Positions 59,396 to 64,000 of a DNA stretch of 64,000 nt are shown piece by piece; positions within the stretch are counted from its first letter, which is position 1, and each line of letters opens with the position of its first letter. The stretch comes from Bacilli bacterium. GTDB taxonomy: Bacteria; Bacillota_I; Bacilli_A; RF39; UBA660. The notes beneath the pieces were generated by a model. The model had not been told where the DNA came from. It searched no databases and saw nothing but the letters and a program-made list of their open reading frames with translations. Both the position numbers and the translations under genes were made by a program. The DNA lies in assembly GCA_017462455.1 (NCBI GenBank), contig JAFTRC010000048.1:20304-84303 (forward strand), given 5' to 3'.

Positions 59396-59899
59396 ATGAA
59401 TTACACAATTAGAAGAAGAAAAAAAGAAGATTGTAAATCTATTTCTCATGTAGTTACTGTTGCTTGGAATGAAACATATAAGGGTATAGTTCCTGATTGG
59501 TTTTTAGAAGAATTAAAAAATAATGAGGATGAAAGAACTAAAAGAACAATAGAAAATTTTAATGAAAGTGATAATCATCAATTTGTTTTAGAGGTAGATA
59601 ATGAAGTTGTTGGATTTGTAAATGTTGGAAATACAGAAGATAAAGATTTTGAAAATTGTGGAGAAATATTTGCTTTATATATAATAAAAAAATACAAAGG
59701 AAATGGATTTGGGAAAAAATTAGTAGAACAGGCAATAGAAGAATTAAAAAATCTTGGCAATGACAAAATGATAATTGCTTGTTTAAAAGGTAATCCATCA
59801 AATGAGTTTTATAAACATATAGGTGGGGTTTATATTAAGGATGGAGTATATAAACGATTAAATTTACCTGAAAATATTTATTATTATGAAAATATATAA
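59396..59899 (+). CDS. GNAT-family N-acetyltransferase
   Basis: KYKGNGFGKKLVEQA. Confidence 0.7.
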   Translation: MNYTIRRRKKEDCKSISHVVTVAWNETYKGIVPDWFLEELKNNEDERTKRTIENFNESDNHQFVLEVDNEVVGFVNVGNTEDKDFENCGEIFALYIIKKYKGNGFGKKLVEQAIEELKNLGNDKMIIACLKGNPSNEFYKHIGGVYIKDGVYKRLNLPENIYYYENI

Positions 59900-59946
59900 A
59901 AAATTAATTTAAGGACAAAATAAATCAAATTAAGATTGAAAAATTA

Positions 59947-59974
59947 TTGAAATATCCTTGTCAAGTAGTATAAT
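59947..59974 (+). promoter_or_regulatory. Strong sigma-A-type promoter TTGAAA-N16-TAGTATAAT; conserved copy 2
   Basis: Near-identical to 12977-13004 including flanks (TTGTCAAGT..TATAATATAGTAAA.TTGA). Confidence 0.6.
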
Positions 59975-59998
59975 ATAGTAAAATTGAAATGAATGTGA

Positions 59999-60033
59999 GT
60001 GGTGCATTTATAAATTAAGTGCACCACTTTTTT
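59999..60033 (+). terminator. Intrinsic terminator about 25 nt downstream of the promoter
   Basis: GTGGTGCA…TGCACCAC perfect 8-bp stem followed by T6. Confidence 0.65.
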
Positions 60034-60302
60034 ATTAACTATATTTTTTTATTAATAAAAATGTTATAATTATTTTAGAATATAACTAACCAAATCAAGG
60101 TTTTTGTTACTACATAAATAGAAGGTGTTAGTTGTGAAGAAAGATTTAATTAAAAAATATAAGAAATATAAAGAAATACTTACTTTATGTAAAATAGTAA
60201 AAATAATTAATTATTTAGATGAACAAGTAGAAACTAAAATACCTACATTTAAAACTGATAGTAAAGTAAAGATTCTTACAAGATTTTAGTTAGGATGATA
60301 TT

Positions 60303-60782
60303 ATGCAAGATAAAATATATGATGAATATTATAACAAGATATATTATTGGGCTTTAGGTAAAACACATAATAAAGAAGATGCAAAAGATTTACTTAATGA
60401 TATCTTTGTTGAAATATTTATATATTTAAATAAAAATATTAAAATAGAAAAACTTGATAACTTAATATGGACTATTTCCTATAATACTTGGAAAAATAAA
60501 GTAAGGAAAATTATGAAAGATAAAAATATTATTTATGATGATGATATTATAGATAATACAAAATATGAAGAAGAAAATATAGATAAAATAATTTATGAAG
60601 ATATAATAAATAATTTAGAACATTATGGACTTACTGATAATGAGATTAAATGTTTTAATTTATATTATCAAGAAGAAAAGAAAGTAAATGAAATTAGTAA
60701 AATAATGAAAACATCTGAATCTAACATAAAATACTATTTATTTAATAGTAGAAAAAAGATAAAGGAGAGATACGATGATTAA
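60303..60782 (+). CDS. Small sigma-70-family RNA polymerase sigma factor (ECF/TcdR-like size)
   Basis: Region-2-like N-terminus (…AKDLLNDIFVEIF…) and region-4 HTH (…KKVNEISKIMKTSESNIKYYLFNSRKKI…); 159 aa. Confidence 0.55.
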   Translation: MQDKIYDEYYNKIYYWALGKTHNKEDAKDLLNDIFVEIFIYLNKNIKIEKLDNLIWTISYNTWKNKVRKIMKDKNIIYDDDIIDNTKYEEENIDKIIYEDIINNLEHYGLTDNEIKCFNLYYQEEKKVNEISKIMKTSESNIKYYLFNSRKKIKERYDD

Positions 60783-61491
60783 AGAGAATATTAGTTTTAG
60801 TGATAAAATAACAAATAAGATATATGAAATAATGAAACAAAATAATCTTGGAGATGGAATAACATTATTTCCTATGTTAAGAAAAGAAAATGATAAACTA
60901 TTACTTGGATCATTAATTGAAATAAATGATGAAGAATTATTTAATAAGAATAAAGTAGTAAGACCTAAATATTGGGTTATTATAGACATTAATGATTATA
61001 GTTTAATTGAATTAAATAATATAGAAGAAAAAGATTATATGGATTCTAATTTAATTCCTTTTAATAAAGAATTTGATGATACTTTTAAAGAAGAAATGAA
61101 AGAATTAGAAAAATATTCTATAAATAAAAATATTCAATATAGAGAGTATCTTATGAATGATATTAAAAAAGAAATAATAAATACTCAGAGTAATATATTA
61201 GATAGTATTAATAATACTTTAATAGTTGATAATGAAAAGGTAAGTGCCACTGATTATTTAATAGCTAACATTGAAGAAGAAATAAATAATCAAGTAAAAG
61301 AATTAGTAAATTTAATTACAACAAATAAATATAGTTCAATTATTTATTATTATCAATCATTAATAGAAGAAATATTAAATGAATATAAAAATACAAATAA
61401 TATAAATATTGATAAAATGAAATTAGCTTCACAAATTCTTGAATCTTATTATGGTGAATATTGTGGAATAAAATATTTCTTTAATGTTTAA
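60775..61491 (+). CDS. Hypothetical acidic protein, coupled to the sigma factor gene
   Basis: Overlaps the sigma gene stop; candidate cognate regulator. Confidence 0.45.
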   Translation: MIKENISFSDKITNKIYEIMKQNNLGDGITLFPMLRKENDKLLLGSLIEINDEELFNKNKVVRPKYWVIIDINDYSLIELNNIEEKDYMDSNLIPFNKEFDDTFKEEMKELEKYSINKNIQYREYLMNDIKKEIINTQSNILDSINNTLIVDNEKVSATDYLIANIEEEINNQVKELVNLITTNKYSSIIYYYQSLIEEILNEYKNTNNINIDKMKLASQILESYYGEYCGIKYFFNV

Positions 61492-61590
61492 AATTTACAT
61501 TTTTAAATGTAAAAGCATTAAAAATAAATAAAAAACATATGAAAATAAATAAAATATGGTATAATTAAAATAATGATAGGAGTGATATTA

Positions 61591-62760
61591 ATGCAAAGTA
61601 AAAAAGCAAATTTAGTAATTGCTGTAGCAAAAAATGTTGTAGAACAATATAGAGAACAATTAAGCAAATCCATAGAAGCAAATAAATATAGAGATTTAGA
61701 ACCATACACTTATGAAAATCGAGTTCAAAGAGCAGAAAGAGCTTTGGCAAGTGTTGATAAAATTTTAGAAAATTTTGAACAATCTGTTTTTGATGGAGAG
61801 ATTACAGAAGAAGCAACTTATCAAGCAATATATACTTCAAAAGGTAGAGAGTTAAAGGAAATGCTATATAATAAAAAACCAGTTTTATCGGATGTTGAAC
61901 TTGAGTTAGCTTTGATGGGGACTAGAAGAATATTTAAACAAATAGGAATACCTGAATATTCAATTTATCCAATAATTTCAGATATAATGGAAAGAACAAG
62001 AGAATCTAATTATATAAATGGTGAATTAGATGAAGAAAAAGTCAAACTACATGATAAAGAATTTAATCTTAGTGGTAAATATAAAGTTGGGCAATTAAAT
62101 ATAAATAATATTTTATCTACAAAAGTTCCTGCAGATACAGGCGTTTTAATTTATACTGAAGATACTCCTTATTTATATCCGCAAGGAAAAGATTTATATT
62201 TAGAAGTAGATAAAATTAAAGAAATAATAGATGCTTACATAGAAGAAGAAATAAATGAAAAAAAATTGGAAAGTTTAGAAAAGCAAAATGATTTTGTAAG
62301 TGATACTTTTCAAACTATAAGATATGTTGGAACTATAGGCGGCGGTAATTCACAGGACTATAGCATGTATTATTATGAACATTTTAGAAATGTATTTGAT
62401 TATAATTATAGAGGTGGAAAAGATTACTATAGAGTTGCAAGACCTCTTGAACCGAAGAAACAAACAAGTGATTTTGATTCTAAAGGAGAATTACAATCAT
62501 TAAAACAACAAAAAGAAAACTTAGAAAGATTAGCACAATTAACTGAAGAAGAGAAAGAATTAAATGCAAGATTACTTGAAATATTAGAAGAAAAAATGAG
62601 AATTGTAAGAGAAATTTCTGGAGTAAAAGTAGAAGAACAACCAGTAATGGATTCTGAAAATCCAGATAGAAAATATGTTTCAGAAAATGAATATATAGAG
62701 AATGGAACACATTATCATTTACCAACTTTTGATAAAGAACCACATGTACAATTAAAATAA
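61591..62760 (+). CDS. Hypothetical protein
   Basis: Start refined to ATG 61591 after TAGGAGTGA. Confidence 0.5.
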   Translation: MQSKKANLVIAVAKNVVEQYREQLSKSIEANKYRDLEPYTYENRVQRAERALASVDKILENFEQSVFDGEITEEATYQAIYTSKGRELKEMLYNKKPVLSDVELELALMGTRRIFKQIGIPEYSIYPIISDIMERTRESNYINGELDEEKVKLHDKEFNLSGKYKVGQLNINNILSTKVPADTGVLIYTEDTPYLYPQGKDLYLEVDKIKEIIDAYIEEEINEKKLESLEKQNDFVSDTFQTIRYVGTIGGGNSQDYSMYYYEHFRNVFDYNYRGGKDYYRVARPLEPKKQTSDFDSKGELQSLKQQKENLERLAQLTEEEKELNARLLEILEEKMRIVREISGVKVEEQPVMDSENPDRKYVSENEYIENGTHYHLPTFDKEPHVQLK

Positions 62761-62829
62761 AATAAAGTTAGTGCGCAATATTTTTAAAAAGTGTCGTGCA
62801 CCAACTTTTTTTATCAAATTTTGACAAAA

Positions 62830-63110
62830 CACCAAAATGTAAAATTTTTGGTGTTTTTTTGTACCCTAAAATTTGTTGTAAATAAAGGTAAGTTTTAATT
62901 TAATGCACCAAAATCAACCAGAAAAAACACCAATTTTGGAACGTTACAAAATTAAGACACCATTATTTAACCTTTATTTATAAGGTTAAATGATGTTTAT
63001 GGTGTCATTCTTCTTATGCCCATAGGCTTTGGTCACTAAAAAGTGGTGTCAAAAAAGCCTAAAAAATAGCATTTTGGTGCATAGGACTTTTCAATTTTTT
63101 TAGAAAGGAG
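62830..63110. promoter_or_regulatory. Second copy of the oriT-like repeat region
   Basis: Shares ACACCAATTTTGGAA, CAAAATTAAGACACCA, GGTGTCATTCTTCTTATGCCCAT and TGGTC..AAAA.GTGGT with 27075-27290. Confidence 0.5.
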
Positions 63111-63163
63111 GTGATAAAAATTTTTAAAAGTTAAATAAAAAAATATTTTTTTTTGAAAAAACT

Positions 63164-63202
63164 CTTGCAAATTTCACTTTTTTAAGTGATTAATATTACA
63201 GT
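63164..63202 (+). promoter_or_regulatory. Conserved element promoter motif, copy 3
   Basis: CTTGCAAATTTCACTTTTTTAAGTGATTAATATTA. Confidence 0.5.
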
Positions 63203-63330
63203 TAAAAAATCGTATTAAACATAACTTATTTAAGTTGTAAGAGACTTGATAGTTACTTTTAATCAGTTATGAGAGTGAAAAAATAAAGTCTCTTAAATGT
63301 GATTTATTAAGCTTAGAAAGGTGGGATTTA

Positions 63331-63503
63331 ATGAGTGATTATGAAAAGAAACTACCTAAAGAATATTTTATTTTAGAATATAAAATTTTTCTTAATAAAG
63401 AATTGTATAGTGCAAAAATTATAACATACGAAATATTTATTAAGATGCAAGAATTGCTTATAAAAAAGCAAATAGAAATTAAAAATCGTTATTTGAAAAT
63501 TTA
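63331..63503 (+). CDS. Small protein homologous to 47339..47533 (recombinase-associated)
   Basis: RBS AAAGGTGGGA; sequence similarity to the small ORF upstream of the first recombinase. Confidence 0.5.
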
Positions 63504-63635
63504 GTATTTTTGAATAATGATTAAGGGTTATTTTATCTAACAAGGTACTAAGTTTTCATTTAATAAAAATGTAGAACTTAAGTACCTAAGTTCTTTTTTT
63601 TGAATTTTAAAAATAGATTTAAGAAGGAGGATAAT

Positions 63636-63767
63636 ATGTTAGATAAAATATCATCTAGGATAATAGAAAAAGAAATTAGTATTAAACTATTATCCTATTT
63701 AAAAAGAAATAAACATATAGATGAAAAGTTATATAATTATATATTAAATAAATTATTAAAAAAATAG
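63636..63767 (+). CDS. Small hypothetical protein (43 aa)
   Basis: Strong RBS AAGGAGG 7 nt upstream of the ATG; immediately precedes the recombinase gene. Confidence 0.35.
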   Translation: MLDKISSRIIEKEISIKLLSYLKRNKHIDEKLYNYILNKLLKK

Positions 63768-63779
63768 TAGGAGGAATTA

Positions 63780-64000
63780 TGGATTTATATACAGTTAGAA
63801 ATAATATTATATCTGGAAAACAGCTACAAGATTTAAATTTAAGAGTAGTATTTTATGCGAGAGTATCTACAGATAAGGATGAACAGCTACATTCACTTAA
63901 CTCACAAGTAACATTCTTTGAAGAATATATAAAGAAAAATCCTAATTGGGAATATAAAGGTAAATATATTGATGAGGGAATAACTGGAACAAGTGCATTA
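63780..64000 (+). CDS. Large serine recombinase, N-terminal part (continues beyond the window)
   Basis: RBS AGGAGG; YARVSTDKDEQ catalytic motif; about 50% identical to the N-terminus of 47551..49344. Confidence 0.85.

Larger units (their letters stand above)
59940..64000 (+). mobile_element. Start of a second, related serine-recombinase element (partial)
   Basis: Repeats the conserved promoter, oriT-like region, promoter motif and small ORF, plus a paralogous recombinase. Confidence 0.4.

Noticed and set aside
1-64000. Search for rRNA, tRNA, CRISPR, IS transposases or tyrosine integrases
   Set aside because: No cloverleaf-like GC-rich ~75-nt segments, no rRNA-like conserved stretches and no DDE transposase or tyrosine recombinase motifs were seen. 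The only recombinases are the two large serine recombinases.

Overview
This window is AT-rich (roughly 25% GC by eye) and looks like low-GC Firmicutes DNA of Clostridium type. Almost all genes are on the + strand and are accessory or mobile. The centre, about 12.9 kb to 49.3 kb, is a Tn1549/CTn-like conjugative element. Its genes, in order: a Cna-B/LPXTG-like surface adhesin with a sortase, two SSB-like OB-fold proteins, VirB6-like, VirB3-like and VirB4-like T4SS components, an M23 peptidoglycan hydrolase, a candidate oriT followed by an RHH accessory protein and a MOB-P-type relaxase (HxDxxxxHxH-like motif), a TetR-controlled module, a Y-family polymerase with a YolD-like partner, a VirD4-type coupling protein, a 2317-aa N6-adenine methylase/SNF2-helicase fusion, and a large serine recombinase. 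The recombinase reading frame runs into a disrupted penicillin-binding-protein gene fragment. The first 12 kb hold arrays of small membrane proteins and lipoproteins, several with N/Q-rich segments and duplicated modules, controlled by two paralogous tandem-HTH XRE regulators. To the right of the element are a possible PD-(D/E)xK-like protein, a Fic protein, a metallophosphoesterase, a T-box-regulated tyrS, a transglutaminase-like protein, a SAM-dependent methyltransferase and five tandem GNAT acetyltransferases. These are followed by the start of a second, related element that carries a small sigma factor, a second oriT-like copy and a second large serine recombinase. Repeated regulatory sequences (two promoter types, oriT-like regions, two copies of a structured leader) recur across the window. 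No rRNA, tRNA, CRISPR array or transposase (IS element) was recognised.
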